The notes: generated by a model not told the origin, from the sequence alone. A stretch of 64,000 nucleotides of DNA from Anaerolineae bacterium (GCA_049972045.1 JBMFKS010000002.1:11511-75510); one strand, 5' to 3'; shown: positions 37,139-49,153, counted from the stretch's first letter. Numbers and translations: made by a program.

Positions 37139-39214
37139 ATGGCATGGCCACTGGAGCGGGTTCGCAATATCGGGATTATCGCCCACATAGACGCGGGGAA
37201 AACCACTACCACCGAGCGGATTCTCTTTTACACGGGAAGAACTCACCGTATGGGGACGGTGGACGACGGGACCACCGTCACCGACTGGATGGTCCAGGAG
37301 CGGGAACGGGGCATCACCATCACCGCCGCCGCCGTCACCTGCTTCTGGCGCGACCATCAGATTAACATCATAGATACGCCGGGGCACATAGACTTCACCG
37401 CCGAAGTGCAGCGCAGCCTGCGCGTCCTGGATGGCGCCGTAGTGGTCTTTGACGGCGTGGCCGGAGTGGAGCCCCAGTCGGAGACCGTCTGGCGGCAGGC
37501 CCGCTCCTTCGGCGTCCCCCTCATCGCTTTCATTAACAAAATGGACAAACTGGGCGCCGACTTCGCCCACGCCACCGGGACCATCCGGGAGCGGCTGGGC
37601 GCCAACCCGGTGATGCTCCAGTGGCCCATCGGCCGGGAACTCTCTTTCCGGGGCGTGGTGGACCTGCTGGAGATGCGCGCGGTCACCTGGGTGGACGAGT
37701 TGGGCAAGGAGCCGGTGATAGAGCCCGTCCCCCCGGAACTGGCCGACGAGGTACAGGCGCTGCGGGAGCAGGTCCTGGAGCAGATTGTGGAGACCGACGA
37801 CGACCTGATGGCCCGCTACCTGGAGGGTGAGGAGATTCCAGCGGCGGACCTGCGGCGGGCCCTGCGGCGGGCCACCATCGCCGGGACCCTGGTCCCGGTG
37901 CTCTGCGGCTCCGCGCTGCGCAACAAAGGGGTGCAGCCTCTGCTGGATGCCATTGTGGACTACCTGCCCTCCCCTCTGGATATTCCGCCCGTGGTGGGAG
38001 AGAATCCCCGCACCGGGGAGCCGGAGACCCGCCCCGCTGACGTCAATGCCCCGCTGGCGGCCCTGGCCTTCAAGGTGGCCAGCGACCCCTACGTGGGCCG
38101 TCTGGTCTACGTGCGGGTTTACTCCGGCAAACTCCAGGTCGGCTCCTCCGTCTACAACCCCGGCAAGGGGCAGACGGAGCGCGTCGGCAAACTCCTGCGC
38201 ATATTCGCCCGGGACCGGGAGGAGATCACCGAACTGACGGCCGGAGACATCGGCGGCGTGGTCGGTCTCAAGGCCACCTTCACCGGCGACACGCTCTGCC
38301 CCCCGACGGCTCCGATCATCCTGGAGCCCATCGTCTTCCCGGAGCCGGTGGTCTTCGTGGCGATTGAGCCGAAGACGGCGGCGGACCAGGAGCAGTTGCA
38401 TCAGGCCCTGCGGCGGCTGGCGGAGGAAGACCCCACCTTTGTCGTCCGCACCGACGAGAACACCGGGCAGACCATCCTGGCCGGGATGGGAGAACTGCAC
38501 CTGGAGATTCTGGTAGACCGGTTGGTGCGGGAGTTCCGCGTGGAGGGACGGGTAGGGCGCCCCCGGGTGGCCTACCGGGAAACGGTGACCACCCGTGCGG
38601 AAGCAGAGGCCGTGTTTGACCGGCCCATCAGCGGGAATCCCCAGTACGCCCGGGTGCGCCTGGCGGTGGAGCCGCTGCCCTCGGGAGGAGGGTTTCGGTT
38701 TCAGGACCTCAGTCGGGGGAAACTCCTGCCGCCCCCTTTCGTCAAGGCGGTGGAGGAGGGATGTCGCGAGGCCATGGAGAGCGGTGTCCTGGCCGGTTAC
38801 CCCCTGGTGGATGTGCAGGTCACTCTGCTGGACGGGTCCTGGGACGCGGAGACCTCCACCGAACTGGCTTTCAAAGTGGCCGGGTCTATGGCCTTCAAGC
38901 GGGCGGTGGAGGAGGCGAAGCCGGTGTTGCTGGAACCGGTGATGCGGACGGAGGTGGTGGTGCCCGAAGCGTCCCTGGGGGAGGTCATCGGTGACCTGAA
39001 CAGTCGGGGCGCGACCATTGAGGGGATGGAACAGCGGCCGGGCGGCGTGCGCGCCATCCGGGCGATGGTGCCCCTCGCCCGAATGTTTGGCTATGCGACC
39101 GATGTCCGTTCCCTGACCCAGGGGCGAGGCACGTTTACGATGGAATTCCACCACTATGCACCGGTGGATAAAGAGCAGATGGAGGCCATTTTATATGGTG
39201 GTCGTGGCTGGTAG
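37139..39214 (+). CDS. fusA: elongation factor G
   Basis: '[20 protein letters not shown]' G-domain. 691 aa. Confidence 0.97.
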   Translation: MAWPLERVRNIGIIAHIDAGKTTTTERILFYTGRTHRMGTVDDGTTVTDWMVQERERGITITAAAVTCFWRDHQINIIDTPGHIDFTAEVQRSLRVLDGAVVVFDGVAGVEPQSETVWRQARSFGVPLIAFINKMDKLGADFAHATGTIRERLGANPVMLQWPIGRELSFRGVVDLLEMRAVTWVDELGKEPVIEPVPPELADEVQALREQVLEQIVETDDDLMARYLEGEEIPAADLRRALRRATIAGTLVPVLCGSALRNKGVQPLLDAIVDYLPSPLDIPPVVGENPRTGEPETRPADVNAPLAALAFKVASDPYVGRLVYVRVYSGKLQVGSSVYNPGKGQTERVGKLLRIFARDREEITELTAGDIGGVVGLKATFTGDTLCPPTAPIILEPIVFPEPVVFVAIEPKTAADQEQLHQALRRLAEEDPTFVVRTDENTGQTILAGMGELHLEILVDRLVREFRVEGRVGRPRVAYRETVTTRAEAEAVFDRPISGNPQYARVRLAVEPLPSGGGFRFQDLSRGKLLPPPFVKAVEEGCREAMESGVLAGYPLVDVQVTLLDGSWDAETSTELAFKVAGSMAFKRAVEEAKPVLLEPVMRTEVVVPEASLGEVIGDLNSRGATIEGMEQRPGGVRAIRAMVPLARMFGYATDVRSLTQGRGTFTMEFHHYAPVDKEQMEAILYGGRGW

Positions 39215-39253
39215 AAGACGCTCTCATAAATTGGGAGTTGTTCTCCAGTGCCG

Positions 39254-39290
39254 TTCGGGCCGGGGGATAACTCCGGCCCGAATTATTTCA
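39254..39290 (+). terminator. Rho-independent terminator after fusA
   Basis: cgggccgg..ccggcccg followed by aattatttca. Confidence 0.6.
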
Positions 39291-39702
39291 CAAAAAGATC
39301 GCCCAGACGGTTACGTCCTGGCTCAGAACGCGAAGCCCCCTCGGGGCGTGGCCCTTCGGCCCGAGGGCGTCGCCCCGACGGGGCTCGCCCCAAGGGGCTC
39401 GGCGTGGCCCTTCCGTCGGTGCAGAACGGCCTATTCCAGCCTACAAGTTTCTGGGGAGCCCGGCGCAGCAATCGGGAGACGCCGTCCGGGTGGTTGATGA
39501 ACTCCTTATGAAAGGGAAGTGGTGATATTGCCCAATTTTTGCCGTTTAGGTGGATGATGTCCTCGTTTTGGCACCATTGCGGCAAATGTCAAATTCTTGC
39601 AGTTTAGGTGGACGGTTGCCAGATATAGGCTATTACACGGCGATCGTCAACCTAATCCCATGTTGGGCGGCTCTACCATAGTTCTCGAACCGGAGGTGAG
39701 AA

Positions 39703-40941
39703 ATGAAACGCTTGATCAATGCCATTAGTCTTATAATAGGGCTACTTATTCTTGGGCTCTTCACAACAGTCCTCGTTTCAACATTCCAAAAGCCAACAGG
39801 GTTTGATTCTCCAGGGGCTGGCTTTACTTCTGTTCCTCCTGCTACTCCTACACCTTACTATATACCTTCTACCGAAATTCCGCCTATCACTCCAACTCCA
39901 ACTTCGGAATTAGTGCCCTTGCCTTGGCCTTCTCCAACCCCGTTGCCTCCTATTCCTTCCGAGAAACGAATAGGGTTCTGGACTGAGAATTTATTGTTTG
40001 GCTCTCCACAACCCTTTGCTAAGGGACTTAAAGATCCATTTGGTCAAATTGCCTGGTCACCAGACGGCAGCCAACTTGCGATTAGCCTCTTTACGGGGGA
40101 ATTTATTCGGGATGAGATAGGACAACCTGCGTGGGAACTCACTTGGATTGCACTGATGGATCCATCCGGTTCCTCAGTCACCCCGCTGGTCAGAGGCTTT
40201 CTCCCCTTCTGGTCTCCAGATGGACGCTATATTGCTTATCTCTTGTATTCAGATGGCTTGTCTCCACTGCATCTTCAGCTTTTTGATCTTGAAGATAAGC
40301 GAGTGATTGAAGTAGTGCCGTTTGTGAAGGGCGAGATCTTCCCAAAGATAGCTTGGCTCTCGGCTTCGGAGTTGGCTTTTTACAAAGGAGAACCAACCAT
40401 CTTCAACTTACAGGCTCAACAGATTCGGCCTCTGTTGGGGAGGGATCTTGCTTCCCAGCTGGATACAGCCGTTCCTATGGAATATATAACGGCAGCTCCA
40501 GCAGCAAAGATCTTCGCCTTAGGTTCTTCTCAGAAAATTTGGCTGATGAAATGGGAAGATGGCAAAGCACAACTCTTTCGTCAGGTAGATGATGGCTTAG
40601 ATCACGCCTATTGGGCACTCTCACCAGACGGGAACTTTTTGGCGTATGTCTCTGTCTTAAGCCGCCAGGTAAAAATTATCCGCGTTGACGATCCAACTAT
40701 CTCTGTTGAGGTTCCCGCGCAAGGACGGGGTAGCCCCCTTATTGAAGGCTGGTCACCGGATAGCACAGCGCTACTTTATGTGGATTCTGAGGGCCTGAAG
40801 ATAGTAAACCGGGATGGGTCGGGACTTTACCCTATCACCGGAGAGATTAGCCACGCCCGTTGGCTCCCGGACGGGATGCGAATTCTTGGCACAGATCTCA
40901 ATGGGCAATTGTGGGAAATAGCAGTCACTCAAAAACCATAA
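39703..40941 (+). CDS. secreted or membrane-anchored TolB-like beta-propeller protein with a Pro/Thr-rich linker
   Basis: N-terminal TM/signal 'LIIGLLILGLFTTVLV', PT-rich linker, and repeated 'WSPDG' (PD40-like) blades. Low GC. Confidence 0.7.
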   Translation: MKRLINAISLIIGLLILGLFTTVLVSTFQKPTGFDSPGAGFTSVPPATPTPYYIPSTEIPPITPTPTSELVPLPWPSPTPLPPIPSEKRIGFWTENLLFGSPQPFAKGLKDPFGQIAWSPDGSQLAISLFTGEFIRDEIGQPAWELTWIALMDPSGSSVTPLVRGFLPFWSPDGRYIAYLLYSDGLSPLHLQLFDLEDKRVIEVVPFVKGEIFPKIAWLSASELAFYKGEPTIFNLQAQQIRPLLGRDLASQLDTAVPMEYITAAPAAKIFALGSSQKIWLMKWEDGKAQLFRQVDDGLDHAYWALSPDGNFLAYVSVLSRQVKIIRVDDPTISVEVPAQGRGSPLIEGWSPDSTALLYVDSEGLKIVNRDGSGLYPITGEISHARWLPDGMRILGTDLNGQLWEIAVTQKP

Positions 40942-40955
40942 GAGAGGGGTGAACT

Positions 40956-42539
40956 ATGAGGCTTTATCACTTGATGATCAAGATATGGGTAATCCTGGCT
41001 ATAACAAGTATATGGTCTACCTTCATTATTGGTCAAGTTTATGCACAAGGGTCGTCAGGCACAAACCCCCAATGCCCCATCCCGCCCCAATCTATTCTCG
41101 TTTATTTGAACTCCTTCTACAATGAATGGCCCTCTGGCTCAAGTCGTTACCAAACACCGGCCTTTGAGAATTATGTATGGGGTGTTGTAATGGGCGAATT
41201 AGGAACTGTAGTGCCGCAAGGCCCATATCAGGGGCAAGCCTGGGATGATGAAGTCCTGCGTGCTCAAGCCGTTGCTGCACGAACTTGGGGGGCTTATTGG
41301 TGCCGAAAACGCACGTTACCTGATGGACGGCGCGGTGTCTACGATGGCGCAGGGGATCAGGTTTATCGCCCTTACTACGCTGGATTCCCTTTGGCTACCA
41401 AGATCAGGTATCAGAACGTATCCCTTGAAACAAAGGGGGTGTACATTAGCTGGGATGGATTATTGTTACAATCGCCCTATAATGGAGTATTGTTAGATGC
41501 CCAGTATCGTCGTGATGTAGGTAATCCTTCTATGACAACTTCCGAGCAACAAACTTGGAGTGCTTATCAATACCTGAAGAGCGTTAACAACCCTTACAAT
41601 GTCAACAATATTGATGACGGTGTGGGATGGGGGCAACTTCCCTCTCAAGGTTGGCGGAATACCCCAGCCCAAGGTGCTGGTTACCCCCAACTTCTTCACC
41701 AATACTATACCGGCATTTATCTGCAAAATCAGGGTTACATAACCTTTACTGAAAGGTTTTGGAACAACACAAGTTGCAGTGGAACACCAGCCTGGCAGGG
41801 GAACAGTAATAGTATTAACTACGATTGGAGCACAGGATCTCCCCGATCAGGTGTGAATAGCGATTACTTCTGTGCAGAGTGGCAGGCAAATGTACCTTTT
41901 GATGCGAGTGATTGGTACACGTTTTACCTCATAGTGGATGATGGGGTGAGACTTTATGTGGATGGAGTGCTGGTCTTGGATCGCTGGGTTGTGCAAGCTC
42001 CGACTATTTATAGCATTTCGCTCTATCTTACAAGCGGTAGTCACTCTATTCGGATGCGCTATTATGAAAATACAGGCCTGGCGGTGGCTCGTCTATCTTG
42101 GCTACGGGGGATCGGCATGATCGGGGAATATTATGATTCCATCATTAACCGCACAGGAGATCCTGGTGCGCCCGTTATCATGCTACGTCCTGATGTGCCC
42201 ATTCGATTTGACTGGCATGTTTATTCACCTCTTGACACGCGGCAACAAGGAGTTCCACGGATTTATGAAGACACCTTCTCAGCACGGTGGCAGGGACGGA
42301 TTTACATTGACCAGTGTAGGTGGATCAATTTTAGGGTGAGGTCAGATGATGGGATTATCTTGAAGATTTTCCATGATCCTTACGGGGGTGGTGAGGAAGT
42401 GTTAATTGATCAATGGCGCGACCAGCCGCCAACGAATTATAACTATTGGCGCTGGTTATGTCCGGGAACCTACCGTTTGGAGGCCCGATATTATGAAAAC
42501 GGTGGAGGAGCAGTCATTAACATCTGGTGGGAAAGATAG
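40956..42539 (+). CDS. secreted SpoIID/LytB-like domain protein with two C-terminal PA14 domains
   Basis: Signal peptide. 'LRAQAVAARTWGAYW' is the SpoIID/LytB motif. Two PA14-like modules ('YFCAEWQANVPF...IRMRYYENTGLAVARLSW'; 'FSARWQGRIYI...LEARYYENGGGAVINIWW'). Low GC. Confidence 0.7.
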   Translation: MRLYHLMIKIWVILAITSIWSTFIIGQVYAQGSSGTNPQCPIPPQSILVYLNSFYNEWPSGSSRYQTPAFENYVWGVVMGELGTVVPQGPYQGQAWDDEVLRAQAVAARTWGAYWCRKRTLPDGRRGVYDGAGDQVYRPYYAGFPLATKIRYQNVSLETKGVYISWDGLLLQSPYNGVLLDAQYRRDVGNPSMTTSEQQTWSAYQYLKSVNNPYNVNNIDDGVGWGQLPSQGWRNTPAQGAGYPQLLHQYYTGIYLQNQGYITFTERFWNNTSCSGTPAWQGNSNSINYDWSTGSPRSGVNSDYFCAEWQANVPFDASDWYTFYLIVDDGVRLYVDGVLVLDRWVVQAPTIYSISLYLTSGSHSIRMRYYENTGLAVARLSWLRGIGMIGEYYDSIINRTGDPGAPVIMLRPDVPIRFDWHVYSPLDTRQQGVPRIYEDTFSARWQGRIYIDQCRWINFRVRSDDGIILKIFHDPYGGGEEVLIDQWRDQPPTNYNYWRWLCPGTYRLEARYYENGGGAVINIWWER

Positions 42540-42715
42540 CGAAGGTGAAACGAAGAAGAACCGCCCAACCTGCGGCTGGAGCCGACCTCGCTGCGCTCGG
42601 CTGCTCAGCCGCATCTCGTTAGGCGGCTTTGCCGGTGGCTGAAGAGGGTGCGTCACCCATTGAAGAGCACAAGCAAAAGGCAGGTCTGACCCAAATTGGC
42701 ACATGAGTATGATGG

Positions 42716-42835
42716 ATGCCAAGATTCAAGATTCTCAGCGAGATCAGGGACATTGAGACCATTGCATCGGGCCGAGGTGTGTACATCCGACGCTATCTGG
42801 AGCGCACTACGGCCGAGGACATTGGCGGAAAATGA
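42716..42835 (+). CDS. mini-ORF 1 (39 aa) of an overlapping three-gene cassette in the low-GC island
   Basis: MPRFKILSEIRDIETIASGRGVYIRRYLERTTAEDIGGK. Its stop overlaps the next start (ATGA). Confidence 0.3.
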   Translation: MPRFKILSEIRDIETIASGRGVYIRRYLERTTAEDIGGK

Positions 42836-42951
42836 AAGGCATAGCCACCGTGGAACTGGCGGACGGTACAATATGTGAGGCCGAGATACATTGGTATGAA
42901 GCACACGGTATAGGCCGTAGGGATTTCAAGATCAAGAGGGTGATACGATGA
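42832..42951 (+). CDS. mini-ORF 2 (39 aa)
   Basis: MKGIATVELADGTICEAEIHWYEAHGIGRRDFKIKRVIR. ATGA overlaps on both sides. Confidence 0.3.
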   Translation: MKGIATVELADGTICEAEIHWYEAHGIGRRDFKIKRVIR

Positions 42952-43175
42952 GCGAATTTGTGATCTGCATCAACAATGACAGCAATCCGGCCAGCCTGAT
43001 TGTCGGTAAGGTGTACCGTAGATTGTCGGATCCAGAAGCTGAGTCGCACAATATGCTTCGCATTATAGATGAAGATCTATCAGAGCTTGGCGGGTATCTC
43101 TATCCGGCCTCCATGTTTGTACCTGTGGAACTACCGGAGGAAGCAAAGCAAGTGTTGATAGCGGTGGGAAGCTAA
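42948..43175 (+). CDS. mini-ORF 3 (75 aa), hypothetical
   Basis: MSEFVICINNDSNPASLIVGKVYRRLSDPEAESHNMLRIIDEDL...; AT-rich codon usage consistent with the island. Confidence 0.35.
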   Translation: MSEFVICINNDSNPASLIVGKVYRRLSDPEAESHNMLRIIDEDLSELGGYLYPASMFVPVELPEEAKQVLIAVGS

Positions 43176-43479
43176 GCGATAGGCGTACTTATTGAGGCCA
43201 TCTGGAGAGGTTGTCCACGCATGAAGAAGCCGCCTAACACCCGCTGCAGCCGACCCGTCTCCGCTGGCGCTCCGGCGGGCGGTTGAGCTTTATCGTTGGG
43301 TGCAGATGGTCCGAACGGTTACTTGGGGGTGTTTGCTGCTGGCTTTTGTACCCTCCTTGCTAACGTAAACTTGGACACCGTCTTTGCACTTTCCCGGGAG
43401 CGCGCCACCCTCCGTTGGGGGGTAAAGCGAAGGTGAACCTCTGAATCAGTGAATTATCTGACGAAAGGAGAGAAGAGAG

Positions 43480-44697
<1,218 letters not shown>

Positions 44698-44734
44698 CGC
44701 CCAGTACCGGTTTACCCATTCCCCATCTACCACC

Positions 44735-45043
44735 ATGGCGAAGCAGAGAATCCGTATCCGGCTGAAAGCCTACGACCATCGCGTGCTGGATGAGTCCGCC
44801 CGGCGCATCGTGGAGGCGGCCGAGCGCACGGGAGCGACGGTGGTCGGCCCCATCCCGCTGCCGACCCAGATAGAGCGCTTCACCGTGCGCCGGTCCACCT
44901 TCATTGACAAGGACTCCCACGAGCACTTTGAAATCCGGACCCACAAGCGGCTGATTGACGTCCTGGAGCCGGACAACAAAACCATAGATGCGCTGATGCG
45001 CCTCAACCTGCCCGCGGGCGTGGACATAGAAATTAAGTTGTAG
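44735..45043 (+). CDS. rpsJ: 30S ribosomal protein S10
   Basis: '[16 protein letters not shown]'. Confidence 0.95.
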   Translation: MAKQRIRIRLKAYDHRVLDESARRIVEAAERTGATVVGPIPLPTQIERFTVRRSTFIDKDSHEHFEIRTHKRLIDVLEPDNKTIDALMRLNLPAGVDIEIKL

Positions 45044-45045
45044 TA

Positions 45046-45132
45046 GACAAGTAGACAAGGGGGAGCGAGGCTCTTGGTGCCCCTGCATCCCTGTATCCTT
45101 GTCTCCTTGTCTCCTTGTCTCCTTGTATCCTG
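45046..45132. repeat. tandem octamer repeats (gtagacaa x2; (a/c)tcc(c/t)tgt x6) forming an imperfect inverted repeat in the rpsJ-rplC spacer
   Basis: tagtagacaagtagacaaggggg...atccctgtatccttgtctccttgtctccttgtctccttgtatcctg. The same ATCCTTGT octamers occur in the tyrS leader (8793-8815). Confidence 0.7.
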
Positions 45133-45190
45133 ACCACCGGGATGATGCGGCCTGTCCCAGGGCCGGCAGTCCCATGGAGGAGTGAGCATC

Positions 45191-45880
45191 GTGAAGGGAA
45201 TTCTGGGGAAAAAAGTGGGAATGACCACCCTGTTTACCGCCGAGGGCGAGGCGATCCCGGTCACGGTGATTGAGGCCGGACCCTGCTGGGTCACTCAGGT
45301 CAAGACGCCGGAGCGGGACGGCTACAGCGCGGTCCAGTTGGGCTTTGAGCCGGTGAAGCCCTCCCGCCTGACGCGCGGGCAACTGGGCCACCTGGGCCTG
45401 CTGAAGACCGACTCCGTCCACCCGCGCCGGCGGGTGCTGAAGGGGATACCGGGGCCGCTGCGCCGTCTGCGGGAGTTCCGCGTCAAGCCGGAGGAGGCAC
45501 CCGCCGAGGGCGAGAAAATCACCGTGGATGTCTTCCAGGTCGGTGACCGGGTGGATGTGGTGGGCACATCCAAAGGGCGCGGGTTCGCTGGCGGTATCAA
45601 GCGCTACGGCTTCCACCGCCAGCCTAAGACCCACGGCCAGTCGGACCGGGAACGCCGCCACGGCTCCATCGGCGCCACCACGACGCCCGGCCGGGTGTTG
45701 AAGGGACTGCGGATGCCCGGCCGTATGGGCGGCGTTCGGGTGACCGTGCAGAACCTGGAAGTGGTCATGGTGGACCCGGAGCGGAATCTGCTGGCGGTGC
45801 GGGGGGCCGTCCCGGGCCACCGGGGAAGTCTGGTGATGATCAAGCAGGCCCGAAAGACGAAGGAACGGCGCAGGGAGTAA
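45191..45880 (+). CDS. rplC: 50S ribosomal protein L3
   Basis: 'KGILGKKVGMTTLFT'. GGAGG lies 9 nt before the GTG at 45191 (the ORF track starts at 45182). Confidence 0.93.
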   Translation: MKGILGKKVGMTTLFTAEGEAIPVTVIEAGPCWVTQVKTPERDGYSAVQLGFEPVKPSRLTRGQLGHLGLLKTDSVHPRRRVLKGIPGPLRRLREFRVKPEEAPAEGEKITVDVFQVGDRVDVVGTSKGRGFAGGIKRYGFHRQPKTHGQSDRERRHGSIGATTTPGRVLKGLRMPGRMGGVRVTVQNLEVVMVDPERNLLAVRGAVPGHRGSLVMIKQARKTKERRRE

Positions 45881-45905
45881 CGGAGTAAGGAGTAGGGGGT
45901 AGAAG

Positions 45906-46526
45906 ATGAGAGTTCCCGTCTGGAACATGAGCGGGCAGCAGGTGGATGAGATAGAGTTGCGGCCCGACATCTTTGAAGCGCCGGTCAACGTGCCGTTGAT
46001 GCACCAGGCGCTGGTGCGGCAACTGGCTAACGCCCGCCTGGGTACCCACAAGACCAAGACGCGCGGCGAGGTGAACCGGACGACCCGGAAGTGGTACCGG
46101 CAGAAGGGGACGGGCCGGGCCCGCCACGGCAGCCGGAACGCGCCGATCTTCGTCGGCGGCGGCATCGCCCATGGGCCCAAGCCGCGCAGTTACGAACAGC
46201 GGATGCCCAAGAAGATGCGCCGGGCCGCCCTGCGCAGCGCTCTCAGCGTGAAGGCCGGCCAGCAACAGATCGTGGTGGTGGACCGGCTGGAGTTGCCCGA
46301 ACCGAAGACGCGGGAAATGCGCGCGGTCCTTTCCCGGCTCAACGTGGGGGAGGATGCCCTGATTCTCCTGCCCGGCCGCAACGAGACGGTGGAGAAGTCG
46401 GTGCGCAACATGCCGAAGGTGAAGGCGCTCCACGCCAGTTACCTGAACATCCGCGACCTGTTGCAGTACGAGAAAGTGGTCATGCCGCTGGGCGCCCTGC
46501 AGGTGATAGAGTCCATTCTGGGGTAG
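45906..46526 (+). CDS. rplD: 50S ribosomal protein L4
   Basis: L4 family, 206 aa. Confidence 0.93.
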   Translation: MRVPVWNMSGQQVDEIELRPDIFEAPVNVPLMHQALVRQLANARLGTHKTKTRGEVNRTTRKWYRQKGTGRARHGSRNAPIFVGGGIAHGPKPRSYEQRMPKKMRRAALRSALSVKAGQQQIVVVDRLELPEPKTREMRAVLSRLNVGEDALILLPGRNETVEKSVRNMPKVKALHASYLNIRDLLQYEKVVMPLGALQVIESILG

Positions 46527-46530
46527 GGCC

Positions 46531-46833
46531 ATGCATCTGTACGAAGTCATCAAACGTCCGGTTTTGACGGAAAAGAGCCAGCGGGCCACCTCGCTCCGTC
46601 GGCGGCAGTACACCTTTGAGGTGGACCGGCGGGCGAACAAGGCCCTGGTCAAACAGGCGGTGGAGACGATCTATCGGGTCCATGTGGAGGCGGTGAACAT
46701 CGCCAACATGCCGGCCAAGGCCGTCCGACGGTGGGGACGCCGCCGGGTGGTGCGGATTCCGGCCTGGAAGAAGGCGGTAGTCACGCTCGCCGAAGGGGAG
46801 CGAATCCCGGAACTGGAAGTGCTGGAGGGATAA
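46531..46833 (+). CDS. rplW: 50S ribosomal protein L23
   Basis: '[16 protein letters not shown]'. Confidence 0.93.
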   Translation: MHLYEVIKRPVLTEKSQRATSLRRRQYTFEVDRRANKALVKQAVETIYRVHVEAVNIANMPAKAVRRWGRRRVVRIPAWKKAVVTLAEGERIPELEVLEG

Positions 46834-46834
46834 G

Positions 46835-47671
46835 GTGGCGATCAAGGTCTACAAGCCGACATCTCCCGGACGACGGGGGATGACCGGCTCGCTGTTTGAG
46901 GAAATCACGAAGACGGAGCCGGAGCGAAGCCTGGTTGTTCCCTTGCGGAAGAAGGGCGGGCGAAACGTCCAGGGGCGGATTACCATTCGCCATCGGGGCG
47001 GCGGCCACAAGCGGCTGTACCGGCTGATTGACTTTAAGCGGGATAAGCACGGCATCCCGGCTCGCGTGGCCGCGATAGAGTACGACCCCAACCGCTCGGC
47101 GCGTATCGCCCTGCTGGTCTACGCGGACGGCGAGAAGCGGTACATCCTGGCCCCCCTGGGCCTGAAGGTCGGGGATACGGTGATGAGCGGCCCGACCGCC
47201 GAGGTCCGGGTGGGGAACGCGTTGCCGCTGGAGCGCATCCCGTTGGGGACGACGGTCCACAACATTGAGTTGTACCCCGGACGGGGCGGACAGTTGGTCC
47301 GTTCGGCGGGCTGTGCGGCCCAGGTGCTGGCGAAGGAAGGGGACTACGTGACGGTCCGGCTGCCCAGCGGCGAGATGCGGCTGATCCGCAAAGAGTGCAT
47401 GGCGACGGTCGGGCAGGTCGGGAACGAGGAGCACGCCAACATCCAGTTGGGCAAGGCGGGCCGCAAGCGCTGGTTAGGGCGGCGTCCCCATGTGCGCGGG
47501 TCGGCAATGAGCCCGCGCGACCACCCGCACGGGGGTGGCGAAGGGCGCTCTCCCATCGGCATGCCCGGCCCGAAGACGCCGTGGGGCAAGCCGACCCTGG
47601 GCAAGAAGACCCGCCGCAACAAGAAGACAGATAAGTACATCGTCCGCCGCCGGGGCAAGCGCCGGCAGTAA
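46835..47671 (+). CDS. rplB: 50S ribosomal protein L2
   Basis: '[13 protein letters not shown]', 'HPHGGGEG'. Confidence 0.96.
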   Translation: MAIKVYKPTSPGRRGMTGSLFEEITKTEPERSLVVPLRKKGGRNVQGRITIRHRGGGHKRLYRLIDFKRDKHGIPARVAAIEYDPNRSARIALLVYADGEKRYILAPLGLKVGDTVMSGPTAEVRVGNALPLERIPLGTTVHNIELYPGRGGQLVRSAGCAAQVLAKEGDYVTVRLPSGEMRLIRKECMATVGQVGNEEHANIQLGKAGRKRWLGRRPHVRGSAMSPRDHPHGGGEGRSPIGMPGPKTPWGKPTLGKKTRRNKKTDKYIVRRRGKRRQ

Positions 47672-47703
47672 GCGGACGGAATACGCAGGACGGAGTAGAG
47701 AAT

Positions 47704-47994
47704 ATGGGACGCTCGCTGAAAAAGGGCCCGTACGTAGACCTGAAGTTGCTGCGGAAAATTGAGGAACTGAACCGGGCCGGGGAGAAACGGGTCATCCGGA
47801 CCTGGTCCCGGGCTTCCACCATCTTCCCGCAGATGGTGGGCCATACCATTGCCGTTCACGACGGGCGGCGGCACGTGCCCATCTACATCACCGAGAATAT
47901 GGTCGGTCACAAATTGGGGGAGTTCGCTCCGACCCGGACCTATCGGGGGCACGTCACCAAAGAAAAGAAGGGTGAAGTGCGGCGGAAGAAGTAG
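47704..47994 (+). CDS. rpsS: 30S ribosomal protein S19
   Basis: '[11 protein letters not shown]'. Confidence 0.95.
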   Translation: MGRSLKKGPYVDLKLLRKIEELNRAGEKRVIRTWSRASTIFPQMVGHTIAVHDGRRHVPIYITENMVGHKLGEFAPTRTYRGHVTKEKKGEVRRKK

Positions 47995-48023
47995 CAGGGA
48001 ATACGGAGTACGGAGTAAGAGTT

Positions 48024-48380
48024 ATGGAGGTCCGTGCACAGGCGAAGCATATACCGATGTCGGCGCGCAAGGTGCGCCGGGTGATTGACCAGGTGCGGGG
48101 AATGGACGTGGTGGGAGCGCTGGAAGTGTTGCGCATGATGCCCCACGCCGCGGCGCGCCCGGTGGAGAAACTGATCCGCTCGGCCGTCGCCAACGCGGAG
48201 GAGAACATCGGCCTCTCCCGGGACAACCTGTATATCGCCCATATTGTGGCCGACGAGGGGCCAGGGGTGGCGCCGGGCAAGGGAGTGCGGCCGCGCTTCG
48301 CCGCCCGGGGGCGGTATCGCCCCATCCGCCGCCGCTCCTCCCACATCACCGTCGTCCTGGATGAGTTTGAGGAGGAGTGA
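48024..48380 (+). CDS. rplV: 50S ribosomal protein L22
   Basis: 'MEVRAQAKHIPMSARKVRRV'. Confidence 0.95.
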   Translation: MEVRAQAKHIPMSARKVRRVIDQVRGMDVVGALEVLRMMPHAAARPVEKLIRSAVANAEENIGLSRDNLYIAHIVADEGPGVAPGKGVRPRFAARGRYRPIRRRSSHITVVLDEFEEE

Positions 48381-48451
48381 TCTTACCCCGAAGACACAAA
48401 GACACTCGTGTCTGGGTGTCTTGGTGGTTATATCCTGAACGGAGGAGCATT

Positions 48452-49132
48452 TTGGGACGCAAGGTACATCCCTACGGCTTTCGGTTGAAGATTCTGCGGG
48501 ATTGGAAGGCCCGCTGGTATGCCGACGGCAAGGCCTACCGGGACCTGCTGCAGGAGGACCTGCGCATTCGGGAGTACATAGAGCGGGAACTGGCCCCGGC
48601 GGGGGTCTCCCGGGTGGAGATTGAGCGCTTCCCGAACCAGGTGCAGGTAACCATCTGGACAGCCCGACCGGGCATTGTGATCGGGCGGAAGGGCGGCGCG
48701 GTGAAGGTGCTCCGCCAGGAATTGGAGGAGATGACCGGCAAGCGGGTGCACGTGGATGTGCGGGAAGTGGAGCAGCCGGAACTGGACGCCCGGCTGGTGG
48801 CCCAGAACATCGTGGCCCAACTGGAGCGCCGGATTTCCCACGGCCGGGCGATGAAACGAGCCATCCAGCAGGCCATGCGGGCTGGAGCCCAGGGGGTCTG
48901 GATTGTCTGCAAGGGCCGCATCGGCGGCGCCGAAATGGCCCGCCCGGTGGCGATGCGGGAGGGCCGGGTGCCTCGCCAGACCCTGCGCGCCGATATTGAC
49001 TTCGCCCGCGCCGAGGCCTACACCACCTATGGCCGCATCGGCGTCAAGGTCTGGATTTATAAGGGGGACGTCCTCTCTCCCGAGAAGAAACCCGAGACCA
49101 TAGAGGAGCAACCGCAGCCGTTTGTGGTGTGA
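48452..49132 (+). CDS. rpsC: 30S ribosomal protein S3
   Basis: 'GRKVHPYGFRL'. TTG start after GGAGGAG; the longer ORF from 48377 is rejected. Confidence 0.93.
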   Translation: MGRKVHPYGFRLKILRDWKARWYADGKAYRDLLQEDLRIREYIERELAPAGVSRVEIERFPNQVQVTIWTARPGIVIGRKGGAVKVLRQELEEMTGKRVHVDVREVEQPELDARLVAQNIVAQLERRISHGRAMKRAIQQAMRAGAQGVWIVCKGRIGGAEMARPVAMREGRVPRQTLRADIDFARAEAYTTYGRIGVKVWIYKGDVLSPEKKPETIEEQPQPFVV

Positions 49133-49153
49133 GGCCCGGGCAGTACTTTTAGC

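Larger units (their letters stand above)
39490..43200. mobile_element. ~3.7-kb low-GC island inserted between fusA and tuf (putative horizontally acquired segment; no recognisable integrase or transposase)
   Basis: Composition changes abruptly to ~45-50% GC with AT-rich codon usage, against ~66% GC in the flanks. The content is secreted proteins plus overlapping mini-ORFs. Confidence 0.6.

Noticed and set aside
42696-42878. 60-aa ORF 'MAHEYDGCQDSRF...' in the low-GC island.
   Set aside because: It overlaps, in a different frame, the more coherent ATGA-coupled mini-ORF chain (42716-42835, 42832-42951). It has no start context.
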